Program-made: the position numbers and the translations under genes
Assembly: GCA_002347655.1 (NCBI GenBank)
Contig: DDWR01000020.1
Span: 76,155-140,154 of the forward strand
Source: Verrucomicrobia bacterium UBA2281
Lineage (GTDB): Bacteria; Verrucomicrobiota; Kiritimatiellia; CAIQIC01; Lenti-01
DNA: 64,000 nt
Reading direction: 5' to 3'
Part shown: positions 9,990 through 19,106 of the stretch, piece by piece
Layout of the letters: each line of letters opens with the position of its first letter
Numbering within the stretch: position 1 is the first letter of the stretch
The notes under the pieces: generated by a model
What the model was told of the DNA's origin: nothing
The model's database searches: none
Seen by the model: the letters and a program-made list of their open reading frames with translations, nothing else

Positions 9990-12206
9990 ATGGCGACGGA
10001 AACGCACAGAATGGAAATCCGCGAGCGGTTGTGCGGGGACCGCGTCGCCCGCGGTGCCGCGGAAGCGGCGCTGACCGCGCTCGGTTGGCTCCGGCCGGGC
10101 GGTGAGGTCCGCGCCGAGATCCGCCGGCGCATCGCGCAGGACGTCTACGGTTGCCGGGCAGACGAGGTGTTTCTCTACAAGAGCGGACGCGCGGCGTTGC
10201 GCGGTCTCCTGGAAGGTCTCCAGTCCGCGGACCCTGCGCGGCGCACGGCCTTCGTGCCGGACTACGTGTGCAACGTGGTCGGAGCCGCCTGCCGGGCCGC
10301 GGGCTTCGCCGTGGCGGAATATGCCACCGACGAACGATGCCTTCCGGATTGGCGGGCGCTGGAGGAACGCGTTCAGGGAGAAACGGCTCCGGTCGTGGTG
10401 CTGTGTTCCTTGTTCGGTTCCGTGCCGGCGGCGGCGCCGGAAGCCGAGGCGCTGGAACGGACGAATCCCCGCATGTTCTTCGTTGCCGACGAATGCCAGA
10501 ACCTCGTCAACGCTTCCCCGGTCAAACCCCGGGCCAACCGGGCCGTGGTGTTCAGCTTCAACGACAAGACCTGCCCGGGCGTCATGGGGGGCGGGGTGGT
10601 TTGCTTGAGCGATTCCGGCGAGGCGCCGGTTTTCGCGCGCGCCCCGTTCAAGCGCCGGGCGATTGGCTCCGTCGCGCTGGCGTACCGCTGGATGTCCGGC
10701 GGCCTGCGCGCCGTTGGCCATGGCCTCCGCTTGGCGCTGGGCCGCTCGGGCGCCTATGCCGCGGCGGAAGCGCCGGAATTTTCGACCTGTCTTGCGCCGC
10801 ATTACGATCTGGTGCCGGAGCCGATCTATCGGCTGTCGGCCGCCCGCGCGTGGATCAGCTTGCGCCATCTGGACGAATACCGCCGGCTGCGGCTCGAAAA
10901 CGCGCAGGCGCTGCAAGCCGGCCTCGCGGTGGAGGCGGCCGTGGCGCAAGCCGGAGCGCCTTATCTGCCCGTGGCGGCCGCGCCGGTGGCTGGGCGCTAT
11001 CCCGCGCCCGTCAAGGCCGCCTACGGCCGCACGGCGCATGCCGCGATTCCCGGCCGGCCGCCGGCCGTGAAAGTCAACGTGCCGCACGTGCGCTATGAAG
11101 TCCGCCCGGCGGCGATCGCCCAGTTGACCAGCCGGCACGCGATCACGGACAACCGCATCCTGCACTGCATGGCCCGCACGGCCGCGGCGCACGGCTACCG
11201 CAGCCTGATCCTCGGTCCCGCCGATCGAGACGGCGCGGTCGGGACGGTCGCGCTGAAGGCGTGTCCCGTTCTGGAAGGCGGGCGGCGCCCGCCGCATCCG
11301 CGGGTTCTGGCCAGCCTGTTCGCCGGCGCGCTCCGCAGCGGCGTGCGCACCTTCCACGTCCACGATCCCGATTTTCTGCCCGTGGCGCTGTTGCTGAAGC
11401 TCTGCGGCCGCCGCATCGTCTACGACGTGCACGACGACTACCAGGCCAGTTTCCAGGATCGCTTCCGGAAGCGGCCGTGGGTCGGGCGCTGGTTCCCGGC
11501 GCTCTGGTGGGCGTTCGAAAAGGGCGCGGCGCGCGCGTTCGACGGCGTCGTGACCGCCGACCAGCACCTGGCGCGCAAATTCGACGGTTGCCGCCCCGTG
11601 ATCCTGCGGAATTATCCGCGGCTGGACTTTACGCCGCCGGCCTCGGCGGAGGGCGAGGAAACGATCAATCTCGTCTACGTCGGGGGCGTGAGCCGCGAAC
11701 GCGGCATCGGCATGGCCCTGGAAGCCCTGCGGCGGGTGCCGCGGCCCGAACTGCGCCTGCACGTGGTCGGCACGGGCCGGGAACCGGACCTGCTGGCGGA
11801 CTTGCAGGCGGAGCCGCGGGTCGTGCTTCACGGCCGCGTGGCCTGGACCGATCTGCGCCGGATCTACGTCAAGAGCCACGTCGGGCTCGCGCTCTACCAA
11901 CCCCGGGCCGGATTCGTGACGATCGACCACTCGGTCAAGATCGTGGAATACATGGCCGCCGGCCTGCCGATCCTGTGCGCCGATTTCCCGGGGCTGAAGA
12001 AGTTCGTCGAAGAATCCGGCTGCGGCTGGACGGTGGCGCCCGACGATCCGGACGCCATTGCCGCCAAGCTGCGGGAGTTGATCGACCATCCGGAAATCCG
12101 TCGTCGCATGGGCGCGACCGGCCGGCGTCTGTTTGAAACGGACTTCAATTGGGAACTTCACGAGCGGGAGCTTGTGGATCTGTATGAAAGGGTTTGCGGC
12201 GCATGA
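9990..12206 (+). CDS. fusion protein: N-terminal DegT/DnrJ/EryC1-like (PLP aminotransferase fold, putative Lys in FSFNDKT) plus C-terminal GT4 glycosyltransferase
   Basis: 738-aa ORF (MATETHRMEIRE..). N-terminal half resembles sugar aminotransferases (..FVPDYVCNVVGAACRAAGF.., ..FFVADECQNL.., ..VFSFNDKTCPGVMGGGVV..). C-terminal 330 aa is GT4 (..INLVYVGGVSRERGI.., ..EYMAAGLPILCADFPGLKKFVEE..). Confidence 0.6.
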   Translation: MATETHRMEIRERLCGDRVARGAAEAALTALGWLRPGGEVRAEIRRRIAQDVYGCRADEVFLYKSGRAALRGLLEGLQSADPARRTAFVPDYVCNVVGAACRAAGFAVAEYATDERCLPDWRALEERVQGETAPVVVLCSLFGSVPAAAPEAEALERTNPRMFFVADECQNLVNASPVKPRANRAVVFSFNDKTCPGVMGGGVVCLSDSGEAPVFARAPFKRRAIGSVALAYRWMSGGLRAVGHGLRLALGRSGAYAAAEAPEFSTCLAPHYDLVPEPIYRLSAARAWISLRHLDEYRRLRLENAQALQAGLAVEAAVAQAGAPYLPVAAAPVAGRYPAPVKAAYGRTAHAAIPGRPPAVKVNVPHVRYEVRPAAIAQLTSRHAITDNRILHCMARTAAAHGYRSLILGPADRDGAVGTVALKACPVLEGGRRPPHPRVLASLFAGALRSGVRTFHVHDPDFLPVALLLKLCGRRIVYDVHDDYQASFQDRFRKRPWVGRWFPALWWAFEKGAARAFDGVVTADQHLARKFDGCRPVILRNYPRLDFTPPASAEGEETINLVYVGGVSRERGIGMALEALRRVPRPELRLHVVGTGREPDLLADLQAEPRVVLHGRVAWTDLRRIYVKSHVGLALYQPRAGFVTIDHSVKIVEYMAAGLPILCADFPGLKKFVEESGCGWTVAPDDPDAIAAKLRELIDHPEIRRRMGATGRRLFETDFNWELHERELVDLYERVCGA

Positions 12207-13396
12207 GCGACGGCGCATTTTCCCGGATTTCCCATTTGGCGGTGGTCGCCGGCAACTATCCGTCGCCCGCGCGGCCGCTGCACGGGACGTTCGTGCGGGA
12301 ATTCGCCCATGCCGTGGCGCGCCAAGGCGTCCGCTGCACGGTGATCCAGCCCATCGCCATCCATCATGCCTGGAGCGAGGAAGGCCATGACTTCCGGAGC
12401 GGCGAAGAGGCCGGTGGAGGCCAGACGGTCGAGGTGTTCCGACCGCGGTTCCTCTCGCTCTCCGCGCGGGAGGCATTTGCTCGCCTGGGGCCGTTGAGTC
12501 CCTCGCGGTTTACGCTGGGACGCTTCCGCGCGGCGGTTGAACGGGTCCTGCGCGAACAGGACCTGCGTCCGGATGCGTTGTACGGGCATTTTCTTTATCT
12601 GGCTGGCGCGGGCGCCGTGCTGGCCGGCGGTCGGTTAGACATCCCGGCGTTCCCGTGCGTAGGCGAAGGGGAGTTGTGGACCGTGCGCCAGTTCGGTCGG
12701 GACCACGCGCGCCGCACGTTGGCGGCGGCCACCGGTTTTCTGGCCAATTCCTCCGCGCTCCGGCGGACGTTGGTCCAGGACTTGGGCATTCCGCCGGAAA
12801 ACATCGGCGTTTTTCCCAACGGCACCAATCTGGCCGCTTTCCGGCCGCAGGACCGGATGGCTGCCCGCGCGCGGTTTGGCCTCCCGAAAGATCGCTTTCT
12901 CGTGGCGGCGGCCGGGAATTTCCTCTGGAAAAAGGGCATTGTCCGGGTGGGGCAAGCCATCGCGGGCCTCGCAGGGGTTTCCGGAGTGTTCGCGGGCGCG
13001 GGCCCGGTGCCTCCGGACTCGTCCAACGTGGCGTTGTGCCGCCGCGTGCCCCACGACGAGATGCCCGCGCTGCTGTCCGCTTGCGACGTCTTCGTGTTGC
13101 CGACCTTGATCGAAGGTTCCTGCAACGCCTTGGTCGAGGCCATGGCCTGTGGATTGCCGATCGTCAGTTCCGTCGGCGAGTTCAACGACGACGTGCTGGA
13201 CGAAGAAATGTCCATCCGCGTCGATCCGCTGGACGTGGCGGCCATCCGGGCGGCCATCGTCCGCCTGCGCGACGACGCGGCGCTGCGTGACCGCATGGCC
13301 GCGGCCGCGCTCCGGCGTTCGGCGTCTTTCGACGCCGACGAACGGGCCCGGCGCATGCTGGCGTTCATGGCGGCTCGGATCGGGGAACGCACATGA
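12203..13396 (+). CDS. glycosyltransferase family 4
   Basis: ATG overlapping the upstream TGA (ATGA at 12203-12206). The track's TTG at 12194 is an alternative start. GT4 E-x7-E region (..CDVFVLPTLIEGSCNALVEAMACGLPIVSS..). The displayed sequence line 12181 appears shifted by one base relative to the ORF track, so I followed the track frames. Confidence 0.75.
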   Translation: MSDGAFSRISHLAVVAGNYPSPARPLHGTFVREFAHAVARQGVRCTVIQPIAIHHAWSEEGHDFRSGEEAGGGQTVEVFRPRFLSLSAREAFARLGPLSPSRFTLGRFRAAVERVLREQDLRPDALYGHFLYLAGAGAVLAGGRLDIPAFPCVGEGELWTVRQFGRDHARRTLAAATGFLANSSALRRTLVQDLGIPPENIGVFPNGTNLAAFRPQDRMAARARFGLPKDRFLVAAAGNFLWKKGIVRVGQAIAGLAGVSGVFAGAGPVPPDSSNVALCRRVPHDEMPALLSACDVFVLPTLIEGSCNALVEAMACGLPIVSSVGEFNDDVLDEEMSIRVDPLDVAAIRAAIVRLRDDAALRDRMAAAALRRSASFDADERARRMLAFMAARIGERT

Positions 13397-14427
13397 GGAA
13401 TCCGGCCTCCATCTCGACCCAGGAACTGCTGGACTCCAACTCGCTGGCGCGAGGCTTGGCGATGCTGGCCGTGGTGGTCTGCCATCTGCCGTTTGCGCAT
13501 GCGTTCTGGAAGCCGCTGGCGACGTTCGCCAGCGCGGGCAAGCTGGCGGTCTCCGTATTTCTTTTTTCCTCGGGACTCGTGCTGCAATGGCAAGCCAACC
13601 GCGCCGCCGCTCCCGTGCCGCTCGGGATCTGGGCGAAAAAGCGGTTCTGGCGGATCTATCCCGTTTATTGGTTCGGATTGGCGCTGGCGCTGCTGGGCGC
13701 GTGGGCCTTCCGCGGCAAGACCTACGACGCGGCGACGCTGGCCGCCAACGGGCTGGGCATTCCGCTGCTGCTGGGCCGGAAGGTCGTTTCCGCGGGCTAC
13801 ACGGTGCCGTTTTGGTTCATTTCCATATTGTTGTTCTGCTATCTGCTGTTTCCGGCCGTGCGCCGCGTCCAACGCAAGAGCTGGCTGGTCTTGGGCGCGT
13901 TCGGGGTATCGGCCGTGCTGTTGCGCACGGGTGCCGTCATGGAGGCGGCGGCGCTGGCGTTGCCGTCCTTTTTCCTGGGACAGGCGTGCGCGGATCGCTG
14001 GTCGCGCCGGGCGGAGCAGCCTTGCCGGGTGGGGTTCCACGCGGCGCTGTTCGTGCCGTTGCTGCTGGGGTTGGCCGCCGTCTTCAAGGGACCGCGCTTT
14101 TTCCACGTCGATCCGCGTTGGGCCTACTGGCTCGACCTGGCCGGTTGCGCGGGCCTGACGTTCGCGTCTTGGCCGGCGCTGGTGTTGGTGGCGGGTCTGC
14201 AAAAGGCCTTGGCGGCGGCGGCTCCGCGGATCCTGGCCGGCCTGCGGTGGTTTGCCGGTTTGTCCTTCGCCGTGTACGTCGTGCATGAACCGCTGCTGGT
14301 CGTGCTCGAACGGACCTCCGCGGCGGGCCGGCCCTGGTTCGGCTTGGCGGCCTACGCGGCGGTGGTATTGGCCGCGGCGCGGGGCGTGGATGCGTTGGAC
14401 CGGGCGTTACGCGGGAGGGCGGCATGA
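13393..14427 (+). CDS. acyltransferase family 3 (membrane O-acyltransferase, OatA/WecH-like)
   Basis: ATGA overlap at 13393. About 10 TM segments and an N-terminal conserved His region (..AVVVCHLPFAHAF..), typical of Acyl_transf_3. Confidence 0.7.
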   Translation: MRNPASISTQELLDSNSLARGLAMLAVVVCHLPFAHAFWKPLATFASAGKLAVSVFLFSSGLVLQWQANRAAAPVPLGIWAKKRFWRIYPVYWFGLALALLGAWAFRGKTYDAATLAANGLGIPLLLGRKVVSAGYTVPFWFISILLFCYLLFPAVRRVQRKSWLVLGAFGVSAVLLRTGAVMEAAALALPSFFLGQACADRWSRRAEQPCRVGFHAALFVPLLLGLAAVFKGPRFFHVDPRWAYWLDLAGCAGLTFASWPALVLVAGLQKALAAAAPRILAGLRWFAGLSFAVYVVHEPLLVVLERTSAAGRPWFGLAAYAAVVLAAARGVDALDRALRGRAA

Positions 14428-14975
14428 GCCGATGGGGATCGCTGCTCCGCCGCGGCTGGCACGAACGCCGGCGGCTGTGTTTCTACGGGCGCGAGCCCGT
14501 TCCCGAAACGGCGCCGGACGACCGGATCGCGGTTTATCGGAGCTGGGCGGACGTGCCCGCCGCGTTTCGGCGCGTCGTCGCGCCGGCACCGTTGCTGAGC
14601 GCGCCGGTTTGGCGCTTGCGGCGCGGCCGGGCCCAGTTGCTGTGCCTGTCCGTGGATGGGCGCACGCTGGCCGCTTACGGATGGCTTCAGGATTGGCGGT
14701 CGTTCCGCCGCCGGTTCGGCGCGCTGGCGCCGGATGGAACCATGCTGGGACCCTATTGGACGGCTCCGGCGGAGCGCGGCCGGGGACTGTATGGTCGGTT
14801 GCTGGCGCGCAGCCTCGCGTTGTGCCCCCCGAACCGGCCCGCGCTGATCTATGCCGCGCCCGAAAACGCCGCCTCGCGGCGCGGCATCGTCAAAGCCGGC
14901 TTCCGCCCGCTGGGCGAATGGGAATGGCATTGCTGGCTGGGCGTTTTCAGCCGATTCCGGCGGATTCCGGCCTGA
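14424..14975 (+). CDS. GNAT-family N-acetyltransferase (putative)
   Basis: ATGA overlap at 14424. C-terminal GNAT-like motif (..ERGRGLYGRLLARSLAL..IYAAPENAASRRGIVKAGFRPLGEW). Confidence 0.45.
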   Translation: MSRWGSLLRRGWHERRRLCFYGREPVPETAPDDRIAVYRSWADVPAAFRRVVAPAPLLSAPVWRLRRGRAQLLCLSVDGRTLAAYGWLQDWRSFRRRFGALAPDGTMLGPYWTAPAERGRGLYGRLLARSLALCPPNRPALIYAAPENAASRRGIVKAGFRPLGEWEWHCWLGVFSRFRRIPA

Positions 14976-14985
14976 GGTCGAACCG

Positions 14986-15864
14986 ATGAGCTACGTCGAG
15001 CGATATGCGGAGATGTTCCGCGCGAAGAAGCGCCCGTTCGCGGAAGCGGGCGGGCAGCTGTTCGTGCGCAAGGCACGCTGGATCGCGCCGGCCGGCCCCG
15101 CCGCGCAGGCGTACCGGCTGGAAGCGGCGGAGTGCCGCGAACTGCTGCGCCGCTTGGGCGGATGGTGGGTCATGTGGACGGACGGGTTCGGACCGCACGC
15201 GGCGGATTCGGAGTGGCATGCCGTGATCTGCCGCCGGCACGTGCCCGTGGAAGAAGTGGCGTCCGGCAACGTGCGCAGCAAGCTGCGCCGCGGCCTGAAA
15301 AACTGCGAAGCGCGGCGCGTCGATGCGCGGGAAATCGCCCGAAACGGCCACGAAACCTATTGCGCCGCGTTCGGCGAATACGGCCGGGCCGCGGCGGACT
15401 TGCCGTCGCAGGAGGCGTTTGCGCAACGCGTCCTGACCGACGAGCCCTTCGGCGACGTCCGCCACCACTGGGCGGTCTATTGCGAGGGCCGGATGGTGGG
15501 CTTCGCCCAGAATCTCCTGTACGGCAAGCAGGAGGTCGACTACACGCTGATCAAATTGCATCCGGACTTCCTCAATCGCTATTCCTCCTATGCGTTGTTC
15601 TACCGCATGAACGAGTTCTATCTCGCCCAGGAAGGATTCCAGTACGTGAACGACGGATTCCGGTCGATTTCGCACGCCACGGGCATCCAGGATTTCCTCG
15701 TGAAGGAATTCGGCTTCGAGCGGGAACCGACGGGCCTGCACGTGCATTATCGGCCGCCGTTGGGGGCGGCGCTGGGGCTCTCGCGTCCGTTCGGCGCACT
15801 GGCGCGGCGGGCATGTCCGCCCCTTGCGCCGTTGTTCGAACTGGAGCGCTTGCGCCGGAAGTGA
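14986..15864 (+). CDS. FemAB/BioF2-like GNAT-fold acyl/aminoacyl-transferase (paralogue 2)
   Basis: ATG 14986 (MSYVERYAEMF..). Paralogous to 7935..8831 (alignment given there). Confidence 0.4.
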   Translation: MSYVERYAEMFRAKKRPFAEAGGQLFVRKARWIAPAGPAAQAYRLEAAECRELLRRLGGWWVMWTDGFGPHAADSEWHAVICRRHVPVEEVASGNVRSKLRRGLKNCEARRVDAREIARNGHETYCAAFGEYGRAAADLPSQEAFAQRVLTDEPFGDVRHHWAVYCEGRMVGFAQNLLYGKQEVDYTLIKLHPDFLNRYSSYALFYRMNEFYLAQEGFQYVNDGFRSISHATGIQDFLVKEFGFEREPTGLHVHYRPPLGAALGLSRPFGALARRACPPLAPLFELERLRRK

Positions 15865-15867
15865 TGC

Positions 15868-16800
15868 ATGGCCACCTCCGTCCAGCAGTGGCCTGAAGGC
15901 CGCCCGTTCGCGCTGTTCCTGTCGCACGACGTGGACCAGATCCACGACCGCGAGCTGTTCCGCGTGCTGGCCGATCTCAACCACGTTCGCCGCATCTGGA
16001 CGCAGGGGGAGAAGGGAAACGCCGCGCTGGCGCTGCGCCGCGTGGCGCGCGCGCTCATCGCGCCCAAGCCGGCGGAAAAGGATTTCGGCACGATTCTGGA
16101 AATCGAAGCCCGGCACGGTTTCCGCTCCACCTTTTTCGTCCTGCACGATCCCTATTGGAGTCGGCATGGGCCGCGGTATCGGTTGTCCTGTCCGGAAATC
16201 CGGCGCATCGCGGATCTGGTCCGCGGCGCCGGCGGCGAGATCGGCCTGCATGGCGGCTACCTGCGCTTCAACCAGGCGGATGGCTACCGGGAAAGCCGCG
16301 CGGCCTTGCGCGACGCGCTGGGCGTGGACGCCGTCGGCATCCGGAACCATTTCCTGCGCTTTTCGGGCGCGGACACCTGGGCGGCGCAGGAAGCCGCCGG
16401 GTTCCGCTACGACACCACCTTTGGATTCGCCGACCGCCTCGGGCCGCGAGATGACCGTCTCGCGCCGTTCGTACCGGAAGGGCGGACGATTCTCGAACTG
16501 CCCTTGACCGTCATGGACGTGACCTTGTTCCGGAATCTCGGCATGGCGGGCGAGGCGGCCTTGGAGGCCGCCTGGCGGGCGATCGAACCAGTGGCGCAGG
16601 CCGGCGGCCTGGTGACGCTGCTTTGGCACAACAACTACTTCAACGAGCCCGAATATCGCGATTGGCAATGGACCTACGAACAATTGCTGGAACGCTTGGC
16701 TGCCTTGAACCCCTGGTGCGCGACCGGTGCGGAAATCGAACGCCATTGGCGCGCAAACGCCAAAAATAGCGCTTTGGCGGGGCCGGAGACGGCGGTATGA
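15868..16800 (+). CDS. polysaccharide deacetylase, CE4/NodB-homology family
   Basis: ..FALFLSHDVDQIHD.. (Asp-Asp metal motif region), ..FRSTFFVLHD.., ..IGLHGGY.. (His motifs), about 310 aa. Confidence 0.7.
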   Translation: MATSVQQWPEGRPFALFLSHDVDQIHDRELFRVLADLNHVRRIWTQGEKGNAALALRRVARALIAPKPAEKDFGTILEIEARHGFRSTFFVLHDPYWSRHGPRYRLSCPEIRRIADLVRGAGGEIGLHGGYLRFNQADGYRESRAALRDALGVDAVGIRNHFLRFSGADTWAAQEAAGFRYDTTFGFADRLGPRDDRLAPFVPEGRTILELPLTVMDVTLFRNLGMAGEAALEAAWRAIEPVAQAGGLVTLLWHNNYFNEPEYRDWQWTYEQLLERLAALNPWCATGAEIERHWRANAKNSALAGPETAV

Positions 16801-18641
16801 TGCACCCCATGGGCAACTGGATCGCCGCCATCTTGTTGGGAAGCGCTGCCGGCATTTTCCTGCTGAGCAAGTGCCTGTTTCTTGCGGCCTTTCGGCTTGG
16901 GTTTGCGATGGTGCTGGCCAATCTCGTCTATGAGGTGGCCGAACGCAAGGCGAGGCTCGGGCGCACGACGCTGGATGCCATCGCCTGGGTCGCGCTGGTC
17001 GCCGGGTTCGGCCTGTGGGGCGGGGGCTGGGCGGCGGCGGCCGCCGCCGTGTTGCTGGGCCTGGCTTGGATCGGCTATCTGTTCGTGGATGCGGAATGGA
17101 AGGCCGCCCGTCTGGCGCGGCAAAGCACGGAAACGGCTGGGCGCGTGCCGCTGCCCATTCCGCGCCTGGTCGTTTGCATTCGCGGGCCGGTGTTGGAGCG
17201 CGGCCGCGCGGAAGACGATCTCGGCGACTGGCCGGAACGGTGGGAGGATCGGTTTGAAATCGTCGTCCTGAATCCCAGTCCGATGCCGGCCCAATTGCCG
17301 GTCGAAGTCCACGTCGTTTCTTCCACCGTGCAACTGGAGGTGTCGGGAACGGTAGGGGGCGAATTGCCGCCGCCGGCATCCGGCGAAATCGTATCCATGA
17401 AGTTCGGCCTGCGCGCGGCCGGCAGCGGGCCGGGCGGCGAAGTCCGCGTGCACGTCCAGCACGGCGATTTCCATTATCGTCGGACCCTGCGCGTGCGCTC
17501 GATCGTGCCGCGCAGCCAGATCGCCGTGAAGCGGGCGGACGTCCGCCGCTGGAAGGGCGGTGCGCGCGGGGCGTTCGTCTGGCGCGGCGATCAGGATCTC
17601 TACGATCCGGCCACGTTCCAGTCGGCGGACGGCCTGCGCCACGTCTTGGGCCTGGCCCGGCGGTTCCGCATGCCCAACAGCCTGATGCTGTCCGCGCGCC
17701 TGAGCCTGGTGCCGGAAGAACACAAGGCGTTTTGCGAACGCTTTGGCTGGGACCGCAAAACGGGCGAAATCCAGGCCTTCATCCGGTTTCTGCGCGAGGA
17801 AGTGGACAAATCCCCGGAGCAGGAATGGCCGGTCGCGACGGTCAAGCCGTACGCCGCGGAGATTGGCAACCACTTCTATCTGCACTACGGCACGCATGCC
17901 GCGGCCGCCGAGGGCAACGGCTGGAAGAGCCATGCCGGCATCGGGGCCGGTCATTATTCCTGGTTCAGCCGCAATCCGATGGATTCCTTCCTCGAGCAGC
18001 GCGACAACGCCGTGAAAGGCAGCCAGGTTCTGAAGGATGCGCTCGGCGCGGCACCCGCCAGTTTCACGATCCCGAGCGACGTGTTCGACGGCGACACCGC
18101 CCGGGCCATGGAAGCGGCCGGCCTGGAAGTCGGGTCCGAAACCGATACGCCGAAGTGGGAAAAACTGCTGCATTTGGCCCCTCCGCACCATCCCGCCGGC
18201 TGCGAGCGGTTCGTGGAACTGCCGCGCATGCATCCGCGCGATCCCGAGAACGCCGGCCAGGTGGCGATGTTGAAATACTGGGTCGGCGCCGCGCGCCGCT
18301 CGGGACGGGCGCTGGTGTTTTTGGCCCACCACCATTTGATGCGCTACCGGGGCTGCGAAAGCGCGGCGTTGGTCGAAACCTTCCTGCACCACGTGCTGGC
18401 GAACCAGCAGGGCGACCTGTACGTCGGCACGCTGACGGCCGTGGGTCGCTACTGGCGCGACGTGCTCAGCCCGCGCACCCGTTGCGTCAAGGCGACGGCG
18501 ACGGGCAACCGCGTTTCCCTTGCGAACGCCGCTCCGCGCGCGTTCGCGGCCTTGCCGCTGGAAATCGATCTCGGCGGCGGCAAACGCCACCTGCGGCTGG
18601 TGGACGTCGGCGCCAAGGCAACTGTGGATCTAGACGTATAA
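16797..18641 (+). CDS. membrane-anchored deacetylase-like protein (two N-terminal TM helices, beta-rich middle domain, C-terminal NodB/glycoside-hydrolase-deacetylase-like domain); paralogue A
   Basis: ATGA overlap at 16797. 614 aa. His-rich motifs (..GNHFYLHYGTH.., ..LAHHHLMRYRG..). About 35-40% identity by eye to CDS 21549..23330 over the full length. Confidence 0.5.
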   Translation: MMHPMGNWIAAILLGSAAGIFLLSKCLFLAAFRLGFAMVLANLVYEVAERKARLGRTTLDAIAWVALVAGFGLWGGGWAAAAAAVLLGLAWIGYLFVDAEWKAARLARQSTETAGRVPLPIPRLVVCIRGPVLERGRAEDDLGDWPERWEDRFEIVVLNPSPMPAQLPVEVHVVSSTVQLEVSGTVGGELPPPASGEIVSMKFGLRAAGSGPGGEVRVHVQHGDFHYRRTLRVRSIVPRSQIAVKRADVRRWKGGARGAFVWRGDQDLYDPATFQSADGLRHVLGLARRFRMPNSLMLSARLSLVPEEHKAFCERFGWDRKTGEIQAFIRFLREEVDKSPEQEWPVATVKPYAAEIGNHFYLHYGTHAAAAEGNGWKSHAGIGAGHYSWFSRNPMDSFLEQRDNAVKGSQVLKDALGAAPASFTIPSDVFDGDTARAMEAAGLEVGSETDTPKWEKLLHLAPPHHPAGCERFVELPRMHPRDPENAGQVAMLKYWVGAARRSGRALVFLAHHHLMRYRGCESAALVETFLHHVLANQQGDLYVGTLTAVGRYWRDVLSPRTRCVKATATGNRVSLANAAPRAFAALPLEIDLGGGKRHLRLVDVGAKATVDLDV

Positions 18642-18678
18642 TGTCGAATGTCGAACTCCGAATATTGAATGTCGAAGG
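18640..18678. repeat. upstream arm of an inverted repeat: AATGTCGAA x2 plus a TGTCGAA partial, AT-rich
   Basis: taATGTCGAAtgtcgaactccgaatattgAATGTCGAAgg, read directly. Its reverse complement TTCGACATT recurs twice downstream of the enclosed gene (19073-19102). Confidence 0.7.
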
Positions 18679-18692
18679 CAGGACGACGTAGG

Positions 18693-19061
18693 ATGCCGGC
18701 GCAAAAATATGATTTAGAAGATCGGCTGGTGGATTACGCTTCTTTGGTCGTTGAACTGACGGAGGCGTTGCCCAGCACGCGCGCCGGCAATCATTTTGCC
18801 GGGCAATTGTTGCGGTCCGGCACGGCGGCGGCGCCGAATTACGGCGAGGCGCAGGCGGCGGAATCCAGGCGCGACTTTGTCCACAAACTGGGCATCTGCT
18901 TGAAAGAATTGCGCGAATCGCGGATTTGGTTGCGTATCGTTCAGCGGCGGACACTGCTCAAGGCCTCCGTCGTGGAACCCGTTTCGCGAGAAACCGAGGA
19001 GCTGATTCGAATCTTCAAGACCAGCATCGCCACCGCCAAACGCAACGAGGCCAAACATTGA
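18693..19061 (+). CDS. four-helix-bundle protein (TIGR02436 / 23S-rRNA-intervening-sequence-protein family)
   Basis: 122-aa protein (MPAQKYDLEDRLVDYASLVVELTEALPS..AGQLLRSGTAAAPNYGEAQAAESRRDFVHKLGICLKELRESRIWLRI..), matching the canonical family pattern. AGGA about 10 nt upstream of the start. Confidence 0.7.
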   Translation: MPAQKYDLEDRLVDYASLVVELTEALPSTRAGNHFAGQLLRSGTAAAPNYGEAQAAESRRDFVHKLGICLKELRESRIWLRIVQRRTLLKASVVEPVSRETEELIRIFKTSIATAKRNEAKH

Positions 19062-19069
19062 GGCCGGAT

Positions 19070-19102
19070 CCCTTCGACATTCGATGTTCATAATTCGACA
19101 TT
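19070..19102. repeat. downstream arm of the inverted repeat: TTCGACATT x2 plus CGATGTT
   Basis: cccTTCGACATTcgatgttcataaTTCGACATTaag, read directly. It ends 4 nt before the next gene's ATG (19107). Confidence 0.7.
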
Positions 19103-19106
19103 AAGT

